In this document: positions 1 to 10,370 of the stretch, one piece after another
Layout: each line of letters opens with the position of its first letter
Numbering within the stretch: position 1 is the stretch's first letter
Assembly (NCBI GenBank): GCA_050949565.1
Contig: JBMNFY010000017.1
Location: 384,001 to 448,000 of the forward strand
Source of the DNA: Kiritimatiellia bacterium
GTDB taxonomy: Bacteria > Verrucomicrobiota > Kiritimatiellia > RFP12 > UBA1067
Direction: 5' to 3'
Length of the DNA stretch: 64,000 nucleotides
The notes under the pieces: generated by a model
Databases searched by the model: none
What the model was told of the DNA's origin: nothing
The model's input: only the letters and a program-made list of their open reading frames with translations
Position numbers and translations under genes: made by a program

Positions 1-266
1 GCGATGATGTCGCCGGATGCCGCTTGGATGCCAGCAGCCTTGCCGGCCTCGCCAGTCTTGAGCGGGTTCTCGACGATCTTGTCCACACCGCAGGCGCGCG
101 CGATCTCCAGCGTATCGTCTGTCGAGCCGGCATCCGCTATCACGATCTCGCAGCGGCCCTGCGGAAACTTCTGCGCAGTAATCGCTTGAAGGCACGCCTG
201 CAGGGTCTTCCCGGAGTTCAGGGTCGGGATAACCACACTCACATACGGAACGGCGTCCTGCTGCAT
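1..266 (-). CDS. Glycosyltransferase family 2, N-terminal part (runs off window)
   Basis: Manual translation: MQQDAVPYVSVVIPTLNSGKTLQACLQAI...IVIADAGSTDDTLEIAR, the GT2 'SVVIP.N' and 'D.GSTD.T' motifs; not in the ORF track because it is truncated. Confidence 0.85.
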   Translation of the reverse strand, partial: MQQDAVPYVSVVIPTLNSGKTLQACLQAITAQKFPQGRCEIVIADAGSTDDTLEIARACGVDKIVENPLKTGEAGKAAGIQAASGDII

Positions 267-528
267 ATCCTTTTCTCGCATCCGGGAATCACTCCAACAA
301 CCACAAAAAAACGGCCGAGACCTTTTCGAAACGTTCCGGCCATTCAAATGACCCAAACAAGGTACCATTCTGTTGGCCTTTTGACCACAAGATCCTTAGT
401 TCAGGTGAAAATCAATCATACCCGAGAATTGACCCGTCTCCCGAATCCCGCTATATTTGTGGGTCTTTACAGGGCGGCGCATGCCCGCAGCGTGTGGCGC
501 AGAAGTTTCGCCAAGGAGTTCATCATCA

Positions 529-1911
529 ATGAAGGCAGTAGGTTCCGAATTCCCATTTTTTGACGACGCTCTCGTCAAGCGCTATGCGGACAAGATTCGT
601 GCGACAGGCAAGATTGATCTGAGCCTGTATGAAAAATACAATGTCAAACGCGGCCTGCGTAATGCAGACAGCACCGGCGTACTCGTCGGCTTGACCGCCA
701 TTGGCAGTGTTCACGGCTACATGATCTCGGAGAGCGAAAAGATCTCTGTTCCGGGAAAACTCTTCTACCGCGGCATCGACGTGAACGACTTGGTGAAAGG
801 TTTCCAAGAAGAACAGCGACCTGGTTTCGAGGAGACCGCCTACCTGTTGCTCTTCGGTGACCTGCCCAACACACAGGAACTCCAGGTTTGGAACGACTTG
901 TTGGATACCTGCCGGCGTCTGCCGGACGGTTTTAAAGAGAGCGTAATCATCCGTTCGCCGGGCAAGGACATCATGAACAGCATCGCGCGCACGGTGCTGA
1001 TGGCCTATCTCTATGACCCGACACCGGATCAACTGGATATCGAGACAACGCTGCGCCAAAGCATCTCGCTAATTGCTAAATTCCCGGTGATCGCTGCCTA
1101 CGCCTACCAAGCCAAAGCCCACTACCACATGGGACACAGCTTGTTGATGCGTTACCCGGAAGTCGGGAAAAGCACCGCTGAAAACCTCCTGCTGCTAATC
1201 CGCGAAGACGGTATCTATACACCGCTGGAGGCCGAACTGCTCGACCTCTGCCTGGTGTTGCACGCCGAACACGGCGGCGGCAACAACTCCGCCTTTACCA
1301 CGCACGTCGTATCGTCGTCGTTCACCGACACCTACGCTGCTGTGACTGCCGCCACACTTTCACTGAAGGGCCTGCGCCACGGCGGCGCCAACCTGCGTGT
1401 GATGGAGCAGATGCGCGAAATCAAAGAGCACGTCAGGCGATGGGACGATGACGACGAGGTCGCCGCCTACCTCACCCGTATCCTCAACAAGGAGGCAGGC
1501 GACGGCACGGGGCTGATCTACGGCCTCGGACATGCGGTCTACACACTCTCTGACCCACGCACTGAAATCCTGCGCGAAAAGGCGCGCGCGCTGGCCCACG
1601 CCAAGGGCCGCGATGAGGAGATGGCGCTCTATGAGACCATCGAGCGCCTCGGCCCCGAACTCTTCAACAAGAATCGCGCCAAGCCGCGTGACCTCTGCGC
1701 CAACGTGGACTTTTTCTCGGGCTTCGTCTACGACATGCTCAACATCCCAGTTGACCTTTATACGCCGATCTTTGCGGTCTCACGTGTGGTCGGCTGGTGC
1801 GCACACCGCATCGAGGAGCTGCTCAACAGCGGACCAATCATCCGGCCGGCCTACAAGGCGGTTTTCGAGCAACGCCCATACACGCCTATGGCCGAGCGAA
1901 GCGAAGACTGA
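529..1911 (+). CDS. gltA: Citrate synthase (citrate/2-methylcitrate synthase family)
   Basis: LHAEHGGGNNSAF, GLRHGGAN, YGLGHAVY..SDPR and ANVDFFSG motifs; AAGGAG RBS before ATG 529. Confidence 0.9.
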   Translation: MKAVGSEFPFFDDALVKRYADKIRATGKIDLSLYEKYNVKRGLRNADSTGVLVGLTAIGSVHGYMISESEKISVPGKLFYRGIDVNDLVKGFQEEQRPGFEETAYLLLFGDLPNTQELQVWNDLLDTCRRLPDGFKESVIIRSPGKDIMNSIARTVLMAYLYDPTPDQLDIETTLRQSISLIAKFPVIAAYAYQAKAHYHMGHSLLMRYPEVGKSTAENLLLLIREDGIYTPLEAELLDLCLVLHAEHGGGNNSAFTTHVVSSSFTDTYAAVTAATLSLKGLRHGGANLRVMEQMREIKEHVRRWDDDDEVAAYLTRILNKEAGDGTGLIYGLGHAVYTLSDPRTEILREKARALAHAKGRDEEMALYETIERLGPELFNKNRAKPRDLCANVDFFSGFVYDMLNIPVDLYTPIFAVSRVVGWCAHRIEELLNSGPIIRPAYKAVFEQRPYTPMAERSED

Positions 1912-1913
1912 AC

Positions 1914-3086
1914 ATGGAGATCCGGAATTACAAACCTACAATGCGCTACCGCCCCTTCGGCGCCCGGACTAACGTACTTGTGTCGATGCTGGGCATCGGT
2001 GCCATGCGCCTGCCGCTGACGCCGGAGGGTGCGATTGACGAGACGCGTGCCAATGAACTGATTGAGACAGGTCTGGAAGGCGGTATCAACTACATTGACA
2101 CTGCCTATGTCTACAACGACGGCGCAAGTGAAATGATCGTGGGCGATACGTTGCAACGTGGCTGGCGCGACAAGATATACGTCGCCACCAAGATGCCGGT
2201 CTGGGAGTTGGAGAAGCCCGGCGATCAGGAGCCGTTCCTCCGCACGCAACTCGAACGCTTGCGCATGGACCAGATCGACTTCTATCTGTTGCATTCGCTT
2301 AACGCGCGCTATTGGCAGAATGTCCTGCGCTCTGACTCGCTGGCTTGGCTGGACGAGGAGAAACGGCGCGGCCGCATCCGGTTCGCTGGCTTTTCGTTTC
2401 ATGACGATTTCGACGTATTCAAAACAATCATCGACGCTTACGACTGGGATTTCTGCCAGATCCAGTACAACTACGCGCAACACGATATTCAGGCCGGTAC
2501 GCGCGGCCTGCAGTACGCGCACAGCAAAGGGATCGGCGTTTCGATCATGGAGCCCCTCTTCGGCGGCTTCCTGACCGGACCGCAAATGCCGCCCGGCGCG
2601 AACCAATTGTTTGAAGAGAATGGTGTAAACCCCGTGGCAAGCGCGTTGCGCTGGGTCTGGAACCAGCCCGAGCCGGCGGTCGTGCTGAGCGGCATGAATG
2701 AGAAATATCAGGTGAAGGAAAACCTGCGCATCGTTGAGACAGCCGATGTCGGAGTGCTGACCGAACGTGAGCGGCAGGTGCTGGAACAGGTCTGTAGCTA
2801 CATGCGCGAGAATGTGCCGATCCCCTGCAGTAAGTGCGGTTACTGCCTGAAGAGCTGTCCGGTGGGTGTCAAGATCCCGGTCGTCTTTGACCTCTTCAAC
2901 AAGCATTTGCTGGTCGACCGCAAACACACGTTGCAACCGGCGCTCTATCGCGGCATGCTCCCTTCGGAAAAAGCATCCGCCTGCGTACAGTGTGGCGCCT
3001 GTAAGAAACATTGTCCGCAGTCGATCGATATTCCCTCCTGGCTGGGGAAGGTAGCTGCCGAATTCGAAGGAGAAAAGACCTCATGA
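1914..3086 (+). CDS. Aldo/keto reductase with C-terminal 4Fe-4S domain
   Basis: LGIGAMRLP, GINYIDTAYVY, IYVATKMP, DFYLLH; C-terminal CxxCxxC...CP and CxxCxxCxxxCP. Confidence 0.88.
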   Translation: MEIRNYKPTMRYRPFGARTNVLVSMLGIGAMRLPLTPEGAIDETRANELIETGLEGGINYIDTAYVYNDGASEMIVGDTLQRGWRDKIYVATKMPVWELEKPGDQEPFLRTQLERLRMDQIDFYLLHSLNARYWQNVLRSDSLAWLDEEKRRGRIRFAGFSFHDDFDVFKTIIDAYDWDFCQIQYNYAQHDIQAGTRGLQYAHSKGIGVSIMEPLFGGFLTGPQMPPGANQLFEENGVNPVASALRWVWNQPEPAVVLSGMNEKYQVKENLRIVETADVGVLTERERQVLEQVCSYMRENVPIPCSKCGYCLKSCPVGVKIPVVFDLFNKHLLVDRKHTLQPALYRGMLPSEKASACVQCGACKKHCPQSIDIPSWLGKVAAEFEGEKTS

Positions 3087-4024
3087 CCAACGAAGCCCAG
3101 CAAGCCGCCTCCGAACTGATCCCAAAGCCCATCGCCGAGGTTCAGCAGGTGCTGGCCGACGAAGTCTCGCAAGGACGCGAGTTCGTCGACATTGCGCTAC
3201 GCTGGCTGGCCGAGAACGGCATCAGTTTCGTGGTCAACGTACTGGTCGCGCTGTTGCTGCTCGCGATTGGCATGGTGGTGATCCGCGTCTTGACGCGTAC
3301 GACCCAAAAAGCGTTAGGGAGATCCGGTCGCGTGAACGCGCTGCTCCAAAATTTCCTTTGCAGCGTGGTGAACAAAACCGCGTGGGTGCTGTTGTTGATG
3401 ATCGTGATACAGCGCCTCGGCGTCAACATCGCGCCGCTGATCGCCGGTCTGGGCGTCACCGGCTTCATCCTCGGCTTTGCCTTTCAGGAGTCGCTCGGTA
3501 ACCTCGCCGCAGGCATGATGATCGCCATCAACCAACCGTTCCAGATCGGCGACTATGTGACGGTCGGCACGATCAGCGGCACGGTCAGAGAACTCAACAT
3601 GATGGCCGCCACGCTCTTCACGGCAGACAACATCAAGGTGCTGGTGCCGAACAAGGTCATCTGGGGAGCGCCGATCACCAACTACACCGCCACCGACAAG
3701 CGCCGCATTCAAATCGCGGTCAACATCGCCTACGGCGCGGACATCTCTAAAGCCAAGCGCGTCGCCCTTGATGTGCTGCGCGCCGATCCGCGCGTGCTGG
3801 ACGATCCCGCGCCAATCGCCGAGGTCATCGCCATGGGCGACTCCGCAGTCAATCTGGTGTTGCGCCCCTGGACCACGCCTTCAGACTACTGGGCGACCTT
3901 CTTCGCGCTCAACCAAGCGGTCAAAGAAGCGTTCGACCGTGAGGGCGTCAAGATCCCCCTCCCGCAGATGGACATCCGCGTCAAAAGCAGCATCCCGAGC
4001 GGCGAGCCGCCCAGTAAGGGCTGA
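3083..4024 (+). CDS. mscS: Small-conductance mechanosensitive channel
   Basis: TM segments, GFAFQESLGNLAAG, PFQIGDYV, VPNKVIW..ITNY. Confidence 0.88.
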   Translation: MTNEAQQAASELIPKPIAEVQQVLADEVSQGREFVDIALRWLAENGISFVVNVLVALLLLAIGMVVIRVLTRTTQKALGRSGRVNALLQNFLCSVVNKTAWVLLLMIVIQRLGVNIAPLIAGLGVTGFILGFAFQESLGNLAAGMMIAINQPFQIGDYVTVGTISGTVRELNMMAATLFTADNIKVLVPNKVIWGAPITNYTATDKRRIQIAVNIAYGADISKAKRVALDVLRADPRVLDDPAPIAEVIAMGDSAVNLVLRPWTTPSDYWATFFALNQAVKEAFDREGVKIPLPQMDIRVKSSIPSGEPPSKG

Positions 4025-4037
4025 AAAGAGCGCAACG

Positions 4038-5309
4038 CTACGGCGTTGCGTCACCTTCGAGGGTGGCGGCGGGGAGCCAGCCGCGGCGGCCTGCGGCGTC
4101 GATGCGCACCCAAGGGCCCGCCTGTTCGAGCGGCACAACCGTACTGCCGGGATTGAGCGTGAAGAGCAACGCGCTTTGCTGCGAAGGCGCAAAGCGCACC
4201 TCCGCGCGTCGTGTGAGGTGGCGCGTGGAGAGCGCTGTCTTGCTATGCAGCCGGTATCCTGTCGCCAGGCTGCCCACTAAAATCAGCAGCCCGACACCCG
4301 CCGCAAGCACTTTGTGCGTCCCGACCAACAGGAAGAACACGAAAAACGCCACCAGCACGCCGCCGCCTGCCACCAGTAGCGGCACGCTGTGACGCAGCGT
4401 CTGATCCACCTGTTCGCGCGTGATGATCTGCGCGTGGGTAACGGAAGTTTTCGGATATGCGGTGTCGATCACACGCACCTCTTCGGTCACGGCCGCGTCT
4501 TGGGTCACGCCGAAGGTCAAGCGGAAAGGCCCTGCCACGCTCTCTTCATACTTTCCGGTCGCGGGATTGAAGAAGCTGAAACGCGTTGCCGCAATCTCGG
4601 TGGCGTTGGTACTCTGCGGAATGAAGACCTGTTCGCTCTTCAGATGTGTCGCTTCGCGCAACAGCTCTTTCGGCGGATAACGCTTGAAGTACGGTGAATC
4701 GGGCGGCGCAGGCATAGCCGCCTGATCGCCGAGCCATCCCTCGCCGCTCAGTTCAAGCGAAAGCGTGATGATGTCGCCGGGCTGCACGGTGTTCTGCGAG
4801 AGTTTTCCTTCGAGGTTGAAGTTGCCGATCGCGCCGGAGAAGTTGTCGGGACGCCCGGCTTCGGGCAACGGCCTCACGCGCAGCGTGAACGGCTCAAGCT
4901 GCTTTTGCTTGGGGAACGACTGCCAATGCGAGAAGAAGCCGGCGGAACGCCGTTCGACCAGCATGCAGTGTACCTGCGGCCTGAAAACACGGTCGATCGG
5001 CTGGTGGCAGCGCGCCTTAGCGATGAAACGGTGCATCGTGAAGGTCTGCGTACCGCGTGTGACGCGGCTGCCTTCGGCGTTCTCAAGCCGTCCGACGGTG
5101 ATCAAATCGGGATTGTTCGGAAAACCGGTGACCCGCACATCCTCCACCTCGCTGCCGAACGTGACCTCAAGTTCAAAGTGAATCTCGAACGCCTGATTCA
5201 CATAGAGCGTCTCGGGCACCGTCTTGAAGCGTCCGCCCAGAATCTCACCCGCATGCACCGGTAGCGCGAGCAGCAGAAGCAGGCTCAACCAGCGGGCAGA
5301 ACAACGCAT
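4038..5309 (-). CDS. BatD-like protein with C-terminal SH3b domain
   Basis: Signal peptide, LPEAGRPDNFSGAIGNF BatD motif, two TM helices, SH3-like WVRI...GWLP. The frame is open upstream to ATG 5780 through a repeat mosaic, so the start is uncertain. Confidence 0.75.
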   Translation of the reverse strand: MRCSARWLSLLLLLALPVHAGEILGGRFKTVPETLYVNQAFEIHFELEVTFGSEVEDVRVTGFPNNPDLITVGRLENAEGSRVTRGTQTFTMHRFIAKARCHQPIDRVFRPQVHCMLVERRSAGFFSHWQSFPKQKQLEPFTLRVRPLPEAGRPDNFSGAIGNFNLEGKLSQNTVQPGDIITLSLELSGEGWLGDQAAMPAPPDSPYFKRYPPKELLREATHLKSEQVFIPQSTNATEIAATRFSFFNPATGKYEESVAGPFRLTFGVTQDAAVTEEVRVIDTAYPKTSVTHAQIITREQVDQTLRHSVPLLVAGGGVLVAFFVFFLLVGTHKVLAAGVGLLILVGSLATGYRLHSKTALSTRHLTRRAEVRFAPSQQSALLFTLNPGSTVVPLEQAGPWVRIDAAGRRGWLPAATLEGDATP

Positions 5310-5319
5310 CGAAAGTTTG

Positions 5320-5750
5320 ATAACGCAGAGACGCAGAGGCGCAGAGGTTTTTACGGGATGGCGTCGTGACCGCAGAAAGTTGAAAGTTGAGCGTTGAAAG
5401 TTGAGCGTTGAAAGTTTTTTTAACGCAGAGACGCGGAGACGCAGAGATCTTTTACGGGGTGGCGGCGTGACCGCCGCTGGGAGGGGCAAGCGTCTGCTTG
5501 CCCGCGGACGAGCAGACGCTCGTCCCTCCCGGTGCTCCGCAATGGAACCTGAAGTCATCCTTCCGCACAGCGGAAGGCGGCTCGTGGGGACACTCGCCCT
5601 CCATTGCTCGTCCCGGCGGCTCGTGGGGACACTCGCCCTCCATTGCTCGTCCCGGCGGCTCGTGAGGACACTCGCCCTCCATTGCTCGCCTCGGCGTCTC
5701 GTGAGGACACTCGCCCTCCAAATCATGTCAATCATGTCAATCATGTCAAA
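5320..5750. repeat. Composite REP-like repeat mosaic
   Basis: AACGCAGAG-type 3x9-mers, GTTGAAA/GTTGAGC heptamers, GACGAGC..GCTCGTC hairpin, 39-bp tandem x~3.7 (5576-5720), AATCATGTC x3; 5430-5603 recurs at ~23175-23350. Confidence 0.85.
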
Positions 5751-5796
5751 AAAACCTGAAACCAAGGGACGTGTACGCATCAGCCGTCTTTACCCC

Positions 5797-6678
5797 TCAT
5801 CGCCCGACCTCCGTTTCGATGGCCGAGGCGGTGAAGATGCGCGCCCCCCACGTCGCTTCATCGTGCCGTTCATTCGCGAGCGTCATCAGAACGGAGGCAC
5901 TGAAGACCACAGTCAATAGCCCGCCGGTGAGCAGACATGTTTCCGAGAGACTGCGCAGAAAGACGCGACCGATACCGCGACGTCGCAGGAGCCGAAAGAA
6001 CACGCCCAACCAGAAGAGGCTCCATCCGGCCAGGGCAGTGGCCGCGCGCACGGAACAGGGAAAAGCGTAGTGCCAGAAAAAGGCGGTGCGCGACCAAGGC
6101 AATTCGGCCTGTGCTCGTCCGGTCTGGAGCGCGAGCGCAGCGGCAAGCCCCTGACGCGTTTCCGGCGTGACACCGAGATAGCGCTCGGCGCGTTCAAAGG
6201 CGGCGGCCGCATTGACACCGTCACCGGCCATGACCAACACGCCGCCGAGGTTCTGGAAGAGCGGCCCGTTGCACACGCCGTCGGCGACCAGCCGGTTATA
6301 GGTGGCGGCGGCCTGAAGATAGGCGTCAGGCGTCGTAGCGGCTGCGGCCTGCGCACCGGCCTGTTCCCAGAGAAAGGCGCGGGCGGAATCGTCAGGGGAA
6401 GCAGCGGACGCACAGGATACCGCGAGCAGAAAGACGCCGACCGCCATTTTCAAAACAGACGCGCAGTGACGAAACGGCGCACAAATGGCGATGCCGTTTT
6501 TGATAACGCAGAGACGCAGAGACGCAGAGGTTTTTCGACGAAGTGTGGGGATTAAGTGTATCTTCGCGCACAGCGCGAAGAGAAAGCGGTGCCGCGACCC
6601 GCGTACAGCGCGGCTCTTGTCACCGCACTCCAAATTTTGCGCACTCACCTGTTTTTCATGAAGTTTCATGTGTTTCAT
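5797..6678 (-). CDS. BatE-like TPR membrane protein
   Basis: TPR-like AAATYNRLV..G..NGPLFQNLG..AAAAFERA followed by TM helices, in bat operon context. ATG 6678 overlaps the batD stop (ATGA); alternative start 6447. Confidence 0.7.
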   Translation of the reverse strand: MKHMKLHEKQVSAQNLECGDKSRAVRGSRHRFLFALCAKIHLIPTLRRKTSASLRLCVIKNGIAICAPFRHCASVLKMAVGVFLLAVSCASAASPDDSARAFLWEQAGAQAAAATTPDAYLQAAATYNRLVADGVCNGPLFQNLGGVLVMAGDGVNAAAAFERAERYLGVTPETRQGLAAALALQTGRAQAELPWSRTAFFWHYAFPCSVRAATALAGWSLFWLGVFFRLLRRRGIGRVFLRSLSETCLLTGGLLTVVFSASVLMTLANERHDEATWGARIFTASAIETEVGR

Positions 6679-8774
6679 GGTTGTTCACCCTCGTCATTCA
6701 CGCTTGGCTGCTCGGCGAGTGCTGCATCGATGGCGGGCAGGAGCGCGAGCAGGTCGCTGACGACAGCGGCGGTGGGGACGGCGGTGTCGGGCCGGTAAAG
6801 GGCTTCGTCAAGGCGCGCCAGCAAGGTGCGGCATGCGTACGCCGGTTCATCTGAAACACCGCGCCCGCACAACAGTTCGGCCACATCGCCGGGTGTCAAC
6901 GCACCGCCGGTCACATCGCAGCGTTCAGCCAGATAGGTACGCACGGCTTGCGCGGCACGCGCGGGATCGTCTGTGCGCCGCAGCACAGCGAGCGCACGGC
7001 GCAACGCCCCGCCATGGCGACGGCGGGTACGCAAATTTACCGTGAGCGCCGCGAGAGGCGTTGCCAACGCGGTCAACAGCGCGAGCAGCGGACCGGCGAT
7101 CAGCAGCGGCAGCACCATACGGTGACGCGGCAGCAGCGAATCGGGACGCGCACCACGCGCATCGAGCGTGATGCCGGTCGGCAGCGGGCGCGTACGGCTG
7201 TCGAGTACACCGGTCAAAACATCGGCGCCATCCACGGGATCGGCTGTGGCGATCTGCGTGGTGGCACGCGCTTGGATCGGAACCGGCGCGGTGGTGATAG
7301 TGCGATAAGCGCGTTCGGCGGTATCGTAGTAGGACAGGCGGATCGGCGGAAACTCCAACGTACCCTCGCGCGTCGGACGCACACGGTATTTGAAACGCTT
7401 GCCGTTGGGCAGGGTATCGGTGCTTACGCTGTCATCATAGATGCGGAAATCGCGGGTAAGATCGGACTGGAGGCTCAACAGCGGCGTACGCAGGTTGGAG
7501 ACGCTGATCGCGCCGGTAATCTCCAGTGTGAGCGTGAGGGGGTCGCCGACTTTGCAGACAGTGGTGTCGAAAGCCGCCGTGGCCTGCATCTCCTTGCCGA
7601 CCGAACCGATGAACGTTTCGGGGCGCCCTTCATCCGGCGGTGGCACGACACGTACGGTGACAGCCGGGCCGATGGTGTAAACGTCGCGGGTCACAGCTTG
7701 ACGGTCGGCGGTAACATCGCTGATAACGGTACCTTTGAAAGTGAGCGGGCCGAAAGTGAACTCCCCCTCGTTGGCGGGCGTGTAGTCGAGATCAAGCGTA
7801 TAGGCGCGGTACTTCTTGCCGTTGATGGTGACGCGCGTAGGCGGCAGACGGAAGCGGATGGGGCGCGGGCGGAACGGGTCGTCATCGCCGAAGAGGCGTC
7901 CGAAGCCGCTGCTCATGTCGCGCGTCTTGTAGTCGTTGATCGCAAAGCTCGGCTGGCGTCCGCTCTGATCGATCAGGTTGTTGAGGATTTGATTCAAGTC
8001 GGGCCCCTTAAGGCCAGGCGTATCGTGACGGATCTCCAAGAAATCGGCGGCGAGATGAGGCAGCAGATTGGGATGGATCGGCTCATTGTTTTCGGCGTAG
8101 GAGTCGGGCAGTTCAGCGACCGCGACGGAAAGGGTCACCGTGAAGGGCTCCTCGACCAGCACCGTGGTGGACGAGGCACTCAGCGAAACGATCACATGGT
8201 CTTGCCGCTCAATACCTTTGACCTGCACCGAGGGGCCGGACTCGGTATAGCTTTTACCATCGACGGTCACGCGCACCGGCCCGGCGCGGTAAACACCCTC
8301 TACACCGGGTTTGATCTGATAGGCGAAGACGCGGCCTTCATAGACTTCGCGCGTCATGCGGCCATTGATGATCGAGATGCTGGAGCGGCTGTTGCTGTGC
8401 TGCCCGAGGAACTGGATATCGGCTGGCGGCAAGCCGGAGAGATCGGGCATATCCAGCCCGCGGTCGGCGCCCGCGACCTCAATCGTGAGGTTGAAGCTCT
8501 CGCCCAGATAGATGCTGGGGCGTGAGGATGTAACCTTGAGCGAGACGTCGGCAAGGGCAGGAAATGCGCAAAGGAAAAGGAGCGAGAGGATCGAGTGAAT
8601 CGAAAGAATCGACCGATTCGATTTTCTCGATTCCATCGACCCCATCGAGGCTCTTGCAAAATCCCTCGTGGCATGGGCGTCCCGCCCATGAAACACGGGC
8701 AAGATGCCCGTGCCACACCTGTAAGCAAGGGGTTTTGCAAGACCCTTTATCGCTTTTGTCTTTCGCCCGAACAT
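6675..8774 (-). CDS. batD: BatD family protein
   Basis: Signal peptide, repeated Ig-like Bat domains, PPPDEGRPETFIGSVG motif, C-terminal TM; alternative start 8645. Confidence 0.8.
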   Translation of the reverse strand: MFGRKTKAIKGLAKPLAYRCGTGILPVFHGRDAHATRDFARASMGSMESRKSNRSILSIHSILSLLFLCAFPALADVSLKVTSSRPSIYLGESFNLTIEVAGADRGLDMPDLSGLPPADIQFLGQHSNSRSSISIINGRMTREVYEGRVFAYQIKPGVEGVYRAGPVRVTVDGKSYTESGPSVQVKGIERQDHVIVSLSASSTTVLVEEPFTVTLSVAVAELPDSYAENNEPIHPNLLPHLAADFLEIRHDTPGLKGPDLNQILNNLIDQSGRQPSFAINDYKTRDMSSGFGRLFGDDDPFRPRPIRFRLPPTRVTINGKKYRAYTLDLDYTPANEGEFTFGPLTFKGTVISDVTADRQAVTRDVYTIGPAVTVRVVPPPDEGRPETFIGSVGKEMQATAAFDTTVCKVGDPLTLTLEITGAISVSNLRTPLLSLQSDLTRDFRIYDDSVSTDTLPNGKRFKYRVRPTREGTLEFPPIRLSYYDTAERAYRTITTAPVPIQARATTQIATADPVDGADVLTGVLDSRTRPLPTGITLDARGARPDSLLPRHRMVLPLLIAGPLLALLTALATPLAALTVNLRTRRRHGGALRRALAVLRRTDDPARAAQAVRTYLAERCDVTGGALTPGDVAELLCGRGVSDEPAYACRTLLARLDEALYRPDTAVPTAAVVSDLLALLPAIDAALAEQPSVNDEGEQP
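8648..8746. mobile_element. 99-bp MITE-like element, copy 1
   Basis: Terminal inverted repeats AGGCTCTTGCAAAA / TTTTGCAAGACCCT; internal REP-like hairpins CATGGGCG..CGCCCATG and CACGGGCA..TGCCCGTG; near-identical 99-bp copy at 45647-45745. Confidence 0.75.
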
Positions 8775-8780
8775 CTACGT

Positions 8781-10370
8781 TTACCAGTCCCTCTCACCCG
8801 GCACCATCGGCATCTTGCGCATGCGCTCTTTCTTTTCCTCTTCGTGCTCTTTTTCACGTTCGAGCGCCTTGCGCAGCAGCTCCTGCACGTCTTGCGGCGG
8901 CTCGGGCTTCTGCTCCTGCGGCTCAGGCTGCTGCTCCTGCTCTTGCTGCTCCTGCTGTTGCTCTTGCTCTTGTTGCTGCTGCTCTTGGTTTTGTTGTTGC
9001 TGATCCTGCTGCTGTTGTTGCTGCTGCTGTGCTGTTGGTTCGGCTGTTTGGGCAGCAGTTCGCGAATCTCCAGCAAATCCTTAAGCGCCTGCTCTTGCAA
9101 CACGCGGCGTTCGGTCTCGGGCGGTTTTTTCTCGACGACTTCGCTTTGAAGTCTCTCGACGTGCTCGGCGATCTTCTCGATCTTGGCTTTGTCCTCAGCG
9201 GTGAAGAGGCGGCATGTTGGTGTCGGTCTGCGCCTGCTGTATGTACTGATCGGCCCACGCAGGGAAGCGTTCACGGAAGAGGCGGGTGAGTTGCAGGGCT
9301 TCGGCCTGTGAGTCGCGCGTTTCCAAATACTTGAGCTTCAAGTTGTGAAGCGCGTTGCTCTGGCAGAGGATGTCTTCGTCGATCGCGGCGTTAGGCGGCG
9401 CGACGGCCTTCCAGAAGTTGTACACGAGTGGCTCGATCTGAGCGGTTTCATTTGCGGCTTCAGGCAGCAGATCCTCAAGCGCCACAGCCGCACCCTTCAT
9501 GCTGTCGCGCGCCAGCTCAATCTGCTGCGCGACCATCGCCTGTTGCTGCGCGTTGGTGACCGCCTGAAGCATCTGTTGCTTGAGCGGAATCCAGAGGTCG
9601 GCTTGCTGTTGCTGACGCTCGGCCAACGCCTCGGCCTTGGCAATCAGCGTCGGGGCGTCATTGGTGTGGAGGGTAGCCGATTCCTCAAGCAACGCGCGCT
9701 GTTCTGCAAGCAGGGTTCCCAGCAGTTGGTCTGGCGGAGTCTGGCCGTGTTTTTCCAGCACCTCCGCAATATGAGCGTTCTCGCGCGCCTCGGCCAGCGG
9801 CGCGACCGCGCGCGTCAGATTGCGGTCACGACGCTCGTCCTGCGGCGTGTCGCGCAACGCACGTTGAAAGGCGACAGCGGCCTCTTCCAATGCTTTAGCC
9901 TTGGCTTGCGGATCTTCTCCCGCACCTTCGGCACTCGCCTGTTCCATCAGAATCAGGCCGAGCAACTCGCCCGCGCGCGCACCGCTCTTGCGCGAGGCGA
10001 GCAACGGGCGCAGGGTCTGCACCGCGTTGGTCATGTCCTGCGCGGTATAATAGGCGTACGCCGCGTTGTAGCGGTACTCCTCGGCCTCTTGCAAGTCTGC
10101 GCCGCGCGCGGCGGAAAGAAAGGCTTCCGCCGCCTCTGTGTGGCGTCCTTTGCGCAATAGTGCCTGGGCTTCGCGCGCACCGGCGCGACCGGGGGCAACC
10201 ACGACCGGCGGACGATTGGTGGCAGAGGACTCGGGGGATGGATCGGACGTTGCATCCGTTTGCGCACGGCCAGCCGAAATGACCAACAAAACAATGATTG
10301 CGGCGGCTGTTGTTGCAGAAGCGGGGGCGGTGCGCGTACGGCTGCCCTTAAACCGTCCGCGACTGAAAGC
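8781..10370 (-). pseudogene. BatC-like TPR/coiled-coil and Q/E-rich C-terminal part of a BatB-BatC fusion, frameshifted
   Basis: TPR (YRYNAAYAYY), Q/E-rich linker and typical BatC ending MPMVPGERDW-stop (TAA at 8781-8783); coding sense switches frame near 10370, 9205 and 9030. Confidence 0.7.

Noticed and set aside
5576-5720. 39-bp tandem repeat as a CRISPR array
   Set aside because: Units are contiguous with near-identical short linkers, there are no unique spacers and no cas genes, and the unit is a REP hairpin also found singly at ~23325
8595-9149. Poly-Leu ORF on the + strand
   Set aside because: Antisense shadow of the CAG/GAG-rich Q/E linker of BatC
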